The translations under genes were made by a program, and so were the position numbers. Shown here in pieces: positions 25,490 to 33,194 of a stretch of DNA of 40,040 bases. Position 1 is the first letter of the stretch; each line of letters starts with the position of its first letter. A model generated the notes under the pieces. The model did no database searches, was not told the DNA's origin, and worked only from the letters and a program-made list of their open reading frames with translations. The DNA is from a virus (taxonomy: Duplodnaviria > Caudoviricetes): positions 1 through 40,040 of the IMG/VR virus record IMGVR_UViG_3300003887_000051. One strand, 5' to 3'.

Positions 25490-26052
25490 TGGACCCCCAG
25501 GACCTGCTGCCGCCAGAAGGATGCCTCTTCGGCGTTCATCCCCTTCTGGATAGCTGCCTTCTCAACTACGTCCGCTGCCTGCTGCAGGGCCAGCTTGCGG
25601 ATCTCCCCTTCCCGCTTGACGTTGATGGTGGCTGACTGCTCCAGACGCTGAACAGCCAGGGCCAGGGCCTTGACCTGGTCGATGATGGCCGGCAGGTTGG
25701 CGGCATCTTCCAGGTCGGCATCGAGCAGCTTCTCGGACAGCTCATACGCCAGGGTGCGGAGGATCTCGTTGATCATCAGGCCGGTCTGACCCTGGGGGGC
25801 GGCGCCGACCTTGGCGATGAACATCTCGCCAACTTCACGGGACTGGCGCAGCCGATCGCCGATCTTGGACCAGCGCTGGGCGGCCCGGCCGACGGATGAT
25901 TTGGTCAACCGCTCTTCGTGCCCCTCTTCTTCCAGGATGGCATTGATTCGGGCTGTGGCCTCCAGCTGGGTGACGCGGGGATCCTGGAGCAGCTGCTGGA
26001 GCTGCAGCTTGATTTCGGGCGGCAAACGATCGATGGTTGACGGTTGCGGCAT
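25486..26052 (-). CDS. Mu gp27-like (DUF3486) putative small terminase
   Basis: 'STIDRLPPEIK...LTKSSVGR' directly before large terminase. Confidence 0.9.
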   Translation of the reverse strand: MPQPSTIDRLPPEIKLQLQQLLQDPRVTQLEATARINAILEEEGHEERLTKSSVGRAAQRWSKIGDRLRQSREVGEMFIAKVGAAPQGQTGLMINEILRTLAYELSEKLLDADLEDAANLPAIIDQVKALALAVQRLEQSATINVKREGEIRKLALQQAADVVEKAAIQKGMNAEEASFWRQQVLGVQ

Positions 26053-26055
26053 GGG

Positions 26056-26352
26056 TCAGCCTCTCGGGTGGGGGCGCTTGACGCCCGGCACGGTGGCCAA
26101 TCCGCTGGCCACATCGACGCCGCGGCCGGTGATGGTGGCGACGTAGATGTCGGCGACCTCGTCCAGGGATACCAGCCCCTGCTCCTGGAGCCAGGCGAGC
26201 TGTACCTTGACCTGGTCGCGGCTGCACTTGTGCCCGAACTTGGCCAAGATGGAATGGATGATGGACTCGTTGCAGCTATAACCGTTGGTCTCGGCCAGGG
26301 TGCGCAGGATGACGAGGCGAATGTCTTCGGTCATAAGGTCTTTGAAGCTCAT
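26056..26352 (-). CDS. Mu gp26-like winged-helix protein
   Basis: 'RLVILRTL...SRDQVKVQLAWLQEQGLV...TGRGVDVASG...PGVKRP'. Confidence 0.9.
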   Translation of the reverse strand: MSFKDLMTEDIRLVILRTLAETNGYSCNESIIHSILAKFGHKCSRDQVKVQLAWLQEQGLVSLDEVADIYVATITGRGVDVASGLATVPGVKRPHPRG

Positions 26353-26759
26353 TATTGGCCCCCGTTGATGTGGTGTTCTTGCAGCAGATCCAGGGTGTGG
26401 GACATGCCCTTTAACTCGCCTTTAATCTCGCCCTGAAAGTTGCTGAAGTTCTGGACCAGGACGTCGAGACGCTTGTGGATGGCGATGATTTTGTCGTCAC
26501 TGGGGAGCCGGGCCAGGGACACCTGGATCAAGTGACATTCCTGGGTGACGCGCGAAGTCTCCTGTTTATGGGTCTGGCACTGGGTATCCCGAGCGGCGCG
26601 GGCTTCCTTCAGTTTGGCATCCATGGCGTCGGCGACGGCGGCCAGCTTCGCGGTGTCGGCGGTTTCGCGGGTCCGCCACCAGCCGACAATGGCAATGACG
26701 CACATGAAAACGAACTGGAAGATGTTGAAGTAAAATTGGTAGCGGGCGTATTCGTTCAC
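26352..26759 (-). CDS. Mu gp25-like (DUF2730) membrane-anchored coiled-coil protein
   Basis: GTG start at 26759; N-terminal TM segment; 'LARLPS...IKGELKGM...LLQEH'. Confidence 0.75.
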   Translation of the reverse strand: MNEYARYQFYFNIFQFVFMCVIAIVGWWRTRETADTAKLAAVADAMDAKLKEARAARDTQCQTHKQETSRVTQECHLIQVSLARLPSDDKIIAIHKRLDVLVQNFSNFQGEIKGELKGMSHTLDLLQEHHINGGQ

Positions 26760-26986
26760 TGGTGGCCTCTCCCATGCAAGGTTTCGTATTCGGTTTGACA
26801 GTCGATGCAGCGGGTGCAGCCCGGCACGACCAGCCGGCGTTTCTCCGGGATCTGGGCGGTGCAATCGACACAGGCGGTGACCGGATCGGCCATGGCGTTG
26901 CGGATGCCGCGACGGTAATGGGCGGCCAGGGAATCTTCGATCAACTCTTCGTTGATCTGCTGGCAAAGATCCATGTCATCGGGCAC
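26756..26986 (-). CDS. TraR/DksA C4 zinc-finger protein
   Basis: 'CVDCTAQIPEKRRLVVPGCTRCIDCQ'; start GTG 26986 or ATG 26974. Confidence 0.88.
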   Translation of the reverse strand: MPDDMDLCQQINEELIEDSLAAHYRRGIRNAMADPVTACVDCTAQIPEKRRLVVPGCTRCIDCQTEYETLHGRGHQ

Positions 26987-27197
26987 TGCCGCACTCCGCC
27001 AGGGCCTTCTGCAGCAGTTCGTTATCCTGGTACAGCCGGTCCACCTCACCCTGGGTGATATTGGTGGCGGGCTTATTTGCGTCCACAACCACGTACCGCC
27101 GCGAGCACCCGGTCGTGCTGTTCAGCAAGGCGAGCAGCAAGAGCGGGGCGATTGCCCTTGCCGAGTGCTTGCCGAAAGTCCTGAATATTCGCTTCAT
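26976..27197 (-). CDS. Lipoprotein, putative o-spanin (Rz1-like)
   Basis: Basic N-terminus, 'PLLLLALLNSTTGC' lipobox-like Cys; overlaps i-spanin candidate in another frame. Confidence 0.65.
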   Translation of the reverse strand: MKRIFRTFGKHSARAIAPLLLLALLNSTTGCSRRYVVVDANKPATNITQGEVDRLYQDNELLQKALAECGSAR

Positions 27198-27291
27198 GGT
27201 TGGCCCCTTTCTGGCGCGCTTGGTATTTCGTCAAGCCTTCGATGATCAGCGGCAGCAGATAGGCCACCAGGGAGAGGATCGAGGCGAGCAT
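27073..27291 (-). CDS. Putative i-spanin (Rz-like)
   Basis: N-terminal TM 'MLASILSLVAYLLPLIIEGL' then short helical domain; follows holin. Confidence 0.6.
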   Translation of the reverse strand: MLASILSLVAYLLPLIIEGLTKYQARQKGANHEANIQDFRQALGKGNRPALAARLAEQHDRVLAAVRGCGRK

Positions 27292-27764
27292 CAGGGTTGC
27301 CGGGGGTAGATGGTTTTCCCGGTGGCACCGGCACCGGGGATCTGCGCCAGCATTGATTCAACAATATTGCGGGCACGCTCTTCGCTGACCTTGGGCATGA
27401 CGGACAAGACATGGCCGATGGCAATGGCCAGTTTGTTCTGGCCGGTGAGTGGCACCCTGGAGTCCATCAGTTGGGCGCTGCGCTCTTCGGCCAGAGTGAT
27501 GCCCTGGTGGGCGAGATCCATCAGGATGTTGTTCTCCTGGACCAGGGATTCGAGCTTGAATTTACGGCCAACCCACTTCAGGGCCAGGCTGATGAGCCCG
27601 AGCAAAAAGGCTCCGATCACCGGGAAAACGGTCTGCTGCAGCAGTGTGCCGAGACCGGCGACAGTCTCCGGGGCGGCATGGGGCGGGGCCAGGTCGGCGG
27701 CCAGGGCAGCGACGGCGCAGAGGGTGAGGATCAAGACGGTGCAGATGCTGGAAAACAGTTTCAT
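27291..27764 (-). CDS. Putative holin
   Basis: Two hydrophobic segments then 'GITLAEE...GQNKLAIA...IVESML'; follows endolysin. Confidence 0.6.
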   Translation of the reverse strand: MKLFSSICTVLILTLCAVAALAADLAPPHAAPETVAGLGTLLQQTVFPVIGAFLLGLISLALKWVGRKFKLESLVQENNILMDLAHQGITLAEERSAQLMDSRVPLTGQNKLAIAIGHVLSVMPKVSEERARNIVESMLAQIPGAGATGKTIYPRQP

Positions 27765-27814
27765 GGTGGTGCTCCTTTCAGAATGCTGAGGACGTTGTTG
27801 TGGGAACTCTCCCT

Positions 27815-28456
27815 TTATGCAGCCAGTATGGTTTTGGCGGCGACGTAGCGGGCCTCGCGATCGGCCAGGCCGATGGTGCCGCCGTTGATGCGTTTGGTGA
27901 TGAGCAGGGTGTTCTCGACGTCGGCCAGGGGGTTGAGGTCGCGGCTGGTCCAGTACCAGCAGGCGGATTCGATACCACCCTCTTTAGTCAGGATGTACTC
28001 CTCGGCGGCGGCGGGGGTGCGGCCGATGGACCGGGCAAAGGCCCAGCGGTTGCTTTTTCCGGTGATCTGGAACGGCCCGTAGCCACGGTAGCGCCAGCCG
28101 TCGCCGCTGGCTTCGTCGCCATTACCCATGCGATCCGCGTAGCAGTTGTTGGCGATTGCTTCCGGTTGGCGGTGCAGCCGCAGAGCCAGGGCGTTGGGGG
28201 CTTTGACCTTGGCCTTGGGGTCCATGGCGTAACGGTTTGGCCAGGTGGCGGCCAGTGCCTGGGCCGAGTAGTTGAGGTTTTCGGTGAGGTCGGTGAAGCC
28301 GTCGCTTTCGTGGCCGGCCTGGGCGAGGAACTGGGCCAGGCGCACCGGGGTGTCAATGGCGTAGTTGGGCAGGATGGCGTTGATGGCGGCGACCCACTCG
28401 GCAGCCTCGCGGTTGTTGGGGAAGAGGCGCTGGAACTGGTCGGTGGTGATGAGCAT
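27815..28456 (-). CDS. Endolysin, glycoside hydrolase family 19
   Basis: 'LAQFLAQAGHES', 'ENLNYS', 'GDGWRYRGYGPFQITGKSN', 'TKRINGG'. Confidence 0.95.
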   Translation of the reverse strand: MLITTDQFQRLFPNNREAAEWVAAINAILPNYAIDTPVRLAQFLAQAGHESDGFTDLTENLNYSAQALAATWPNRYAMDPKAKVKAPNALALRLHRQPEAIANNCYADRMGNGDEASGDGWRYRGYGPFQITGKSNRWAFARSIGRTPAAAEEYILTKEGGIESACWYWTSRDLNPLADVENTLLITKRINGGTIGLADREARYVAAKTILAA

Positions 28457-28541
28457 GGGGGCTCCGGCATAAAAGGGTGGTGCCCGCCCCTAGGGAGACG
28501 AGGCCTAAGGGCGGGCTGGCAAAGGAGAAACATTGAGAGGG

Positions 28542-28587
28542 AATGTACTGGAGAAGGGGGGCCGGGTCATACAGACCGGCTAAAAAA
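28542..28587 (-). promoter_or_regulatory. Putative Mor/C-activated late promoter (Plys-like)
   Basis: Same 15-bp box as 20224-20238 with -10 TACATT (28547-42) at identical offset. Confidence 0.7.
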
Positions 28588-28621
28588 AATACCCCGCACT
28601 CCGGAGGGAGGAGTGCGGGGT
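28582..28621 (-). terminator. Rho-independent terminator ending the early/middle operon
   Basis: 12-bp stem 28591-602/28610-621 followed by T8 on - strand. Confidence 0.85.
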
Positions 28622-28660
28622 GGCAGATGCTGCCTAATTAGTATGGATCGGGTGTGGTTG

Positions 28661-28984
28661 TCAATCGGTTTCGAACAAGGTGCCCTGCTTGGCCCGCTCA
28701 AGGCCTTCGTTGATCAGCTTGTAGATGAAGTCGACGGAGAGCCCGGTCTCCAGGGCAACCCGCCGGGGTTTGAAGGGGTTCTCCGGACCGGCGGCGGCGT
28801 AGACGTCGAGGATGTACTGGCGCTTCGCCGGGAGGAAGAGCTTATCCGCACCCTTCAAGTAAATATAGATCTTGGGCAGATCATTGGTCAGCTTGATGAC
28901 GTTCTCCATGCCGATGGAGTTGGCCACCAGCTGGTAGTCCTCGGGCAGGTCTTCGGCCTTGATGTAATCGATCCATGTGCTCAT
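28661..28984 (-). CDS. Mor/C-family transcription activator
   Basis: 'DLPEDYQLVANSIGMENVIKL...IYIYL', C-terminal HTH 'RRVALETGLSVDFIYKLI'; last gene before lysis. Confidence 0.85.
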   Translation of the reverse strand: MSTWIDYIKAEDLPEDYQLVANSIGMENVIKLTNDLPKIYIYLKGADKLFLPAKRQYILDVYAAAGPENPFKPRRVALETGLSVDFIYKLINEGLERAKQGTLFETD

Positions 28985-29430
28985 GCTTTCTCTCCGGAGA
29001 GGTCCCAATCCTCTCGCTTGGCCTGTTTGCGCAGGGCGGTGATGATCTTGTACAGCTCTTCCGTCTTGACCCACTGGACCTTGTCGGTTTTGCAGATGGC
29101 CTTGGCCAGGGCGTCGGCGTAGGCCCAGGACTTCTGGCCCACGGTGAGCAGGGCCTCGATCTTTTTCAGCTGTTCGGCCCGGCTGCCATGGCCGGCCATA
29201 TTCTTCGGCCGCTGCCAGGCGCGACCGGTGCGTTCGGTCTTGGACTTCCAGACGCCGGCACCAATGGCCTTGGCTTCCAGATCCTGGACCAGCTGGGCGG
29301 CCTTGGCATCGGAGAGCTTGGTGGAGCTCTGCACGCCATAGCCGGCCAGCACGGCACGGTAGGCGTCGTCGTCGAGGCAGAGCGCCCCCTTGAGGGTGTG
29401 GATCAGTCTGATCTGGACGATGGTGGCCAT
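28981..29430 (-). CDS. gemA: GemA / Mu gp16 (DUF1018)
   Basis: 'IRLIHTLKGALCLDDDAYRAVL...SSTKL', 'KIEALL...WAY', 'KIITAL'. Confidence 0.88.
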   Translation of the reverse strand: MATIVQIRLIHTLKGALCLDDDAYRAVLAGYGVQSSTKLSDAKAAQLVQDLEAKAIGAGVWKSKTERTGRAWQRPKNMAGHGSRAEQLKKIEALLTVGQKSWAYADALAKAICKTDKVQWVKTEELYKIITALRKQAKREDWDLSGEKA

Positions 29431-29434
29431 GGCT

Positions 29435-29785
29435 TTAATCCTCGTTAAATGAACGGTCAACGACGCTTTGGATGCCGTTGGGATGGTTGCTGGCGATGTC
29501 GGCAGTGACCCTGGCGATCACTGCCTCGGTGGCCCACTTGTCCCGCTGGATCAACAGCTCGATGCAGACGGCGTAGACGCCACGAATCTGATCGTCGTGC
29601 TGGGCCTCGATGTCCTGGAGGGTGCGCTTGGGAGTCTGCATTAAGAGCGCTAGTTCGGCCTGACTCACTTTAAGTCGCTTTATTCGTGCTAGTTTGAATT
29701 CATAGCCGGTCATTTTGGTACGGTCTCCGCGTCTAACTTGCTGATTTGCGCAAGTTGCCGGTTTACGGCGTTTGCTGTTCGGCAT
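29435..29785 (-). CDS. XRE-like HTH protein
   Basis: 'LKVSQAELALLMQTPKRTLQDIE'; start uncertain. Confidence 0.65.
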   Translation of the reverse strand: MPNSKRRKPATCANQQVRRGDRTKMTGYEFKLARIKRLKVSQAELALLMQTPKRTLQDIEAQHDDQIRGVYAVCIELLIQRDKWATEAVIARVTADIASNHPNGIQSVVDRSFNED

Positions 29786-29960
29786 GTAGGCAGTCGCCCT
29801 CGTCGGTCAGGTGCTGGCACTTGTTGGTGATGGCGCCGCCGAACCCGGTTGCCATCCAAAAGCATGGCCGGTCAATGGGGCATTGCTCCGACTGGTAGGC
29901 AGCCATGGCGTGGTTCGACTTGGCTTCGTTGAGTTTGATTTTGGTGGTGTCGAGTTTCAT
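29763..29960 (-). CDS. Hypothetical Cys-containing protein
   Basis: AAGGAG RBS; overlaps next gene. Confidence 0.6.
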   Translation of the reverse strand: MKLDTTKIKLNEAKSNHAMAAYQSEQCPIDRPCFWMATGFGGAITNKCQHLTDEGDCLHAEQQTP

Positions 29961-29973
29961 TGTGGTCTCCTTG

Positions 29974-30020
29974 AGTTAAATCTCGCTGCACCGGGCGAGC
30001 CGGCGAGCTTGCTGTTATAT
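29974..30020 (+). repeat. attC-like imperfect palindrome 1
   Basis: AGTTAAA..GCTGCACCGG..CCGGCGAGC..GTTATAT; 21-bp repeat 29998-30018 identical to 30489-30509. Confidence 0.55.
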
Positions 30021-30437
30021 CCCTGATGCCACCTTTTCCTTTTTGCGACACTCGTCCACCCAGCAGAAACCGGAATCAAGAGCAGCCTCGAGAGTGTCGC
30101 CATACACCCATTTAGTACGGTAATGGCCCCAGGAAAAGGACGCTCCGCCAGAATCATAATGTTTCATAACCGGAGTTGCGAACTTGAGTAAGAACCCGAA
30201 GCGGTCATTGTCCAGCAACCACCCAAGAAACTCGCTGTAATCTTCCGACTCGTAAGCCTCTTTAATTTCGTCAGGCATAGGGCCAAAACATGACAGCATC
30301 ACGCCAATATCCTCTTGTAAAAAATCATCCTCCATCACTGTCGGCATGGAGTCTATTTCGCCAAGAACGCTGGCCAGCAATACTATGTCGTCAACTCTTG
30401 CTGTTGCGTTGTAAAATCGTCTTGCTAGTGCTTTCAT
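30015..30437 (-). CDS. Hypothetical acidic protein in cassette-like unit
   Basis: AAGGAGG RBS, visibly lower GC, stop codon lies inside the attC-like site. Confidence 0.8.
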   Translation of the reverse strand: MKALARRFYNATARVDDIVLLASVLGEIDSMPTVMEDDFLQEDIGVMLSCFGPMPDEIKEAYESEDYSEFLGWLLDNDRFGFLLKFATPVMKHYDSGGASFSWGHYRTKWVYGDTLEAALDSGFCWVDECRKKEKVASGI

Positions 30438-30450
30438 AAATCCTCCTTAC

Positions 30451-30511
30451 GGGATATAATCAGCGGCTATACCTGCCTGGAGCAGGCCAGCCGGCGAGCT
30501 TGCTGTTATGG
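30451..30511 (+). repeat. attC-like imperfect palindrome 2
   Basis: gggATATAAT...cggct..cctgc/gcagg..agccg...GTTATGG; shares 21 bp with site 1. Confidence 0.5.
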
Positions 30512-30513
30512 TG

Positions 30514-30762
30514 CTAATACCTGATTTTTGCTTTAGGCGCGTTTTGGTCCAAGTCCACGTAGAACCAACCGGCATTCCATGACCGATGCAGCCAATTATC
30601 CAGCGTAGGAGAATACGGGTTGTGAGCCATGCTGAATCCGTCCAATCGTGCAGTTCTGCCTAAACTTTCGGCTTCGGATTGGAACTCTACCCCTTTATGG
30701 CCGAGAGGCCCGGCCAGGTCGTTTATTATGCCCTGCGCCATCAGTTCCGCCAGGTTACTCAT
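30514..30762 (-). CDS. Small protein with Rmf/CrpP-like motif
   Basis: 'GRTARLDGFSMAHNPY...HRSWNAGW'; ATG at 30762. Confidence 0.6.
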   Translation of the reverse strand: MSNLAELMAQGIINDLAGPLGHKGVEFQSEAESLGRTARLDGFSMAHNPYSPTLDNWLHRSWNAGWFYVDLDQNAPKAKIRY

Positions 30763-31012
30763 ATTTAACCCCGCAAAACGGGCAGTAACTGTGCATAATG
30801 TCAATTTTGATCGGCCTTTTCTTCTCGGTAGTTTCGACTTCCAGGATGGACAAAGTGACGCAGCCGAGCCTTGTGCTGCCATCCGCACTTCTGATCCAGG
30901 GGAAGCCGATCTGGTTGAAGTTGATCTTTTTGACAGTGGCTTTCTGCCTGGCGACGAACTCCTTGATTTTGCCGGACTCGTCATTTTCCAAGGCTTTAAT
31001 GCAGTCACACAT
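30755..31012 (-). CDS. Hypothetical zinc-binding phage protein
   Basis: MCDC...YCPFCG; AAGGAG RBS. Confidence 0.75.
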   Translation of the reverse strand: MCDCIKALENDESGKIKEFVARQKATVKKINFNQIGFPWIRSADGSTRLGCVTLSILEVETTEKKRPIKIDIMHSYCPFCGVKYE

Positions 31013-31024
31013 AGCAGCTCCTTA

Positions 31025-31243
31025 TTAGCAGCCAACCAGATTTCGAAGGTCGCTGGCGGTTTTGATGAAGTCGTCATGGTCCTGTTTGCCGGCATGGTGT
31101 TCGCCCCAGTCACCGTCAAAGGTGTGACATTCGTACATGGCCTGGGCTTCGCGCTCCAGTAGATCGGCGGCGTGGGCCGCTACTCGTTTCAGTCTGAGCA
31201 GCCGCCTGAATCCCGTTTCGTTTGGTTTTGTTGTTGAAGTCAT
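31025..31243 (-). CDS. Hypothetical protein
   Basis: 72 aa ORF in operon orientation. Confidence 0.6.
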   Translation of the reverse strand: MTSTTKPNETGFRRLLRLKRVAAHAADLLEREAQAMYECHTFDGDWGEHHAGKQDHDDFIKTASDLRNLVGC

Positions 31244-31244
31244 G

Positions 31245-31255
31245 CCCCCCCCCCC
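31245..31255 (-). repeat. G11 homopolymer tract
   Basis: 11 consecutive C on + strand just upstream of the - strand ATG at 31243. Confidence 0.9.
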
Positions 31256-31316
31256 TCGATTCCCAGCGGCAGGCGCTGCTGCAGCCAGCCTGATTCGTCT
31301 ATTTTGTCCATGGTGG

Positions 31317-32225
31317 TCACCTGCTGTATTGCTGCTGCCTCACGGCTAAAACAGCCCGGCGGCCGTCGAAGCTGCGGTCGAGGCGGAATAAGATCTCCTG
31401 CTCCAGGGTTCGCCGGTTAAACTCCGCCTGCTCATAGAGCCACTTCAACATCTCCCTATCTTTGCCCTTGAACCGTACTATCGGGTCATTCTGGTAGATG
31501 ATGGTTGGCGCTGGCTCTGCTGGCGGTGTTGGCCTTACTTCCGCTGCTGCCGGAGCGACGGCCGGTGGCTGGGCAGCCTGTTTTACAGGGCCTTTACCGC
31601 TCAGCTGGTTGACAATGAATTTGGTCATTTCTTCCGCAGTGACATCGGCAGCGAATGCAGCCCGATTGAATTCCCGGGTGACTTCGAAAGCTTTGTAGCC
31701 GAGCCTGATCAGTCCCCTCTTGACATCATCGGCAAGCTTGTTCGCCTCGAACTCGGCCTGGTGAGGAAAGCTTTCGCCTGCCCCCGATACTGCAGAGTTA
31801 TCACCGGAGATAACTTTGGGCTTGCCAGTGAGCGGGTCCTTGCCCTTTCTGATGCGGTCGTAGCAGCGGTGGCATTTGTCAAGAAACGGCATGCTGACGC
31901 CTTCTCGCTTGCAGGTGGGACAGGTGCCTTTTTGGGTAGACATGGTGGTCTCCTTTTGCTTGATATCTTTCAAGGGTGAGGCCTGGATAATTGGCATAAT
32001 TGGAATATTTTTTGGAATAATCGACATAGCTTTTGACAAGACCGGCGCAAGGATCGCAGCCAGATCCGCGTCGACCTCTTCCTGTTTTGCCTCTTCATTT
32101 GAGGCAGGCGGGAACCCGTACCAACCGCAGTTGATGCAATTGATCAGTTTCTTGGTCTGGCCATGTAAGAAGCTGTAGTCGCTTTTCAGATAGCCATTAC
32201 ATTTCGGGCAACGCGGTTTTCCCAT
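31317..32225 (-). CDS. Mosaic protein: zinc ribbons, RuvA-CTD-like segment, Arc-like C-terminus
   Basis: CPKC..CINC, CPTC..CHRC; 'DDVKRGLIRLGYKAFEV...TAEEMTK'; 'LYEQAEFNRRTLEQEILFRL'; start 32225 or 32288. Confidence 0.7.
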   Translation of the reverse strand: MGKPRCPKCNGYLKSDYSFLHGQTKKLINCINCGWYGFPPASNEEAKQEEVDADLAAILAPVLSKAMSIIPKNIPIMPIIQASPLKDIKQKETTMSTQKGTCPTCKREGVSMPFLDKCHRCYDRIRKGKDPLTGKPKVISGDNSAVSGAGESFPHQAEFEANKLADDVKRGLIRLGYKAFEVTREFNRAAFAADVTAEEMTKFIVNQLSGKGPVKQAAQPPAVAPAAAEVRPTPPAEPAPTIIYQNDPIVRFKGKDREMLKWLYEQAEFNRRTLEQEILFRLDRSFDGRRAVLAVRQQQYSR

Positions 32226-32281
32226 TGCTCTGCCTTTGGCTGCATCGTCAGGCCCGGAGCGCCACCTCCTGGCGACGGCAA

Positions 32282-32301
32282 AGTACATAAATTTATGTAC
32301 T
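32282..32301. promoter_or_regulatory. Perfect 20-bp AT-rich palindrome, putative operator
   Basis: agtacataaa|tttatgtact. Confidence 0.5.
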
Positions 32302-32315
32302 CTGCCGTTTCGCAG

Positions 32316-32585
32316 TTACTCTTTGGCCTCGTAGCCGTTGCACTTGAGTAGGGCAGTGCCACTGGCCATGTGGCCGTCTGCGCCGACATCTACTGCCGTC
32401 AGAAGGCCTGACGCCGTGTTGGCAACTGCAGGGATGTTACACGGGGTGATCGTTCTCCCGGCGAGGGTCTTCATGTCGTACTGACCATGCTTGCAACTTG
32501 TGCAGGCACAGTAATCCGGCACGCTGGCGCCTTCTTTTGTTGGGTTTGTTCCATCCGCTCTTGTTATTTGTGTGCTCCAGGTCAT
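32316..32585 (-). CDS. Hypothetical Cys-rich protein
   Basis: AAGGAG RBS, ATGA coupling, CACTSC. Confidence 0.65.
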   Translation of the reverse strand: MTWSTQITRADGTNPTKEGASVPDYCACTSCKHGQYDMKTLAGRTITPCNIPAVANTASGLLTAVDVGADGHMASGTALLKCNGYEAKE

Positions 32586-32806
32586 ACCGTTACTCCTTTC
32601 GTAGTGAATTCTTCCCTCTTGCCATAGACGCCTGTTTCGACGTCCTCTTTGCCGTGTTTGTAGCCGACGTGGTAGCCGAGATCTCTGATGCTGCTCAGCA
32701 ACGTCTGCCAGTCGTAGCGATTAGCTTCGGCCATGTAGCCGTCAATCCAGTCAAGGAGCTTGTCATCCTCCAGGTCCGCCGGTACCAGGTCACTCGGGTC
32801 GACCAT
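32582..32806 (-). CDS. Hypothetical protein
   Basis: GAGGTG RBS before ATG 32806; coupled to neighbours. Confidence 0.6.
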   Translation of the reverse strand: MVDPSDLVPADLEDDKLLDWIDGYMAEANRYDWQTLLSSIRDLGYHVGYKHGKEDVETGVYGKREEFTTKGVTV

Positions 32807-33185
32807 TGGCGCACCTCTTGACGTAAGGCTCAAATGACTCGTAGTACCAGATCACATCCGGCTCCATACTGGCCCGACTGGGATGGGGATCATGCACCAC
32901 TTTCCCGTCCAGGCAGACAACCGCATGGGTTTCATTCGGAAAGCGCGGGCTAGTGACCGTCCCGATCGACAGGCCTTTCGGTGGGTGGGTTGGCGGGTGA
33001 TAGGTGAGCCGCCGACCAAATTGGGTCGGGAACTCCACAAAAGGTCGCCAGTAGTTCTCCATCTCCTCGAACTCCGGCACCTGCTCGATCGAGATCCCAA
33101 GGATAGAAGCCACGGCAGCGGCAAGACAGTTGCCACGCTGTCCATTCTCCGGATCATGCAGCTTGGTTTGATCTACAAGATTCAC
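32790..33185 (-). CDS. Hypothetical protein, papain-like (C39-like) fold candidate
   Basis: 'GNCLAAAVASILG...THAVV...VVHDP'. Confidence 0.65.
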   Translation of the reverse strand: MNLVDQTKLHDPENGQRGNCLAAAVASILGISIEQVPEFEEMENYWRPFVEFPTQFGRRLTYHPPTHPPKGLSIGTVTSPRFPNETHAVVCLDGKVVHDPHPSRASMEPDVIWYYESFEPYVKRCANGRPE

Positions 33186-33194
33186 AGTGCCCCC

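Noticed and set aside
28482-28516. Hairpin before the endolysin as a riboswitch or terminator
   Set aside because: Single 13-bp stem with no adjacent U tract or aptamer features; likely an ordinary 5' leader hairpin.
29998-30509. 21-bp direct repeats as a CRISPR array
   Set aside because: Only two copies, about 490 bp apart, with a gene between them; no cas genes.
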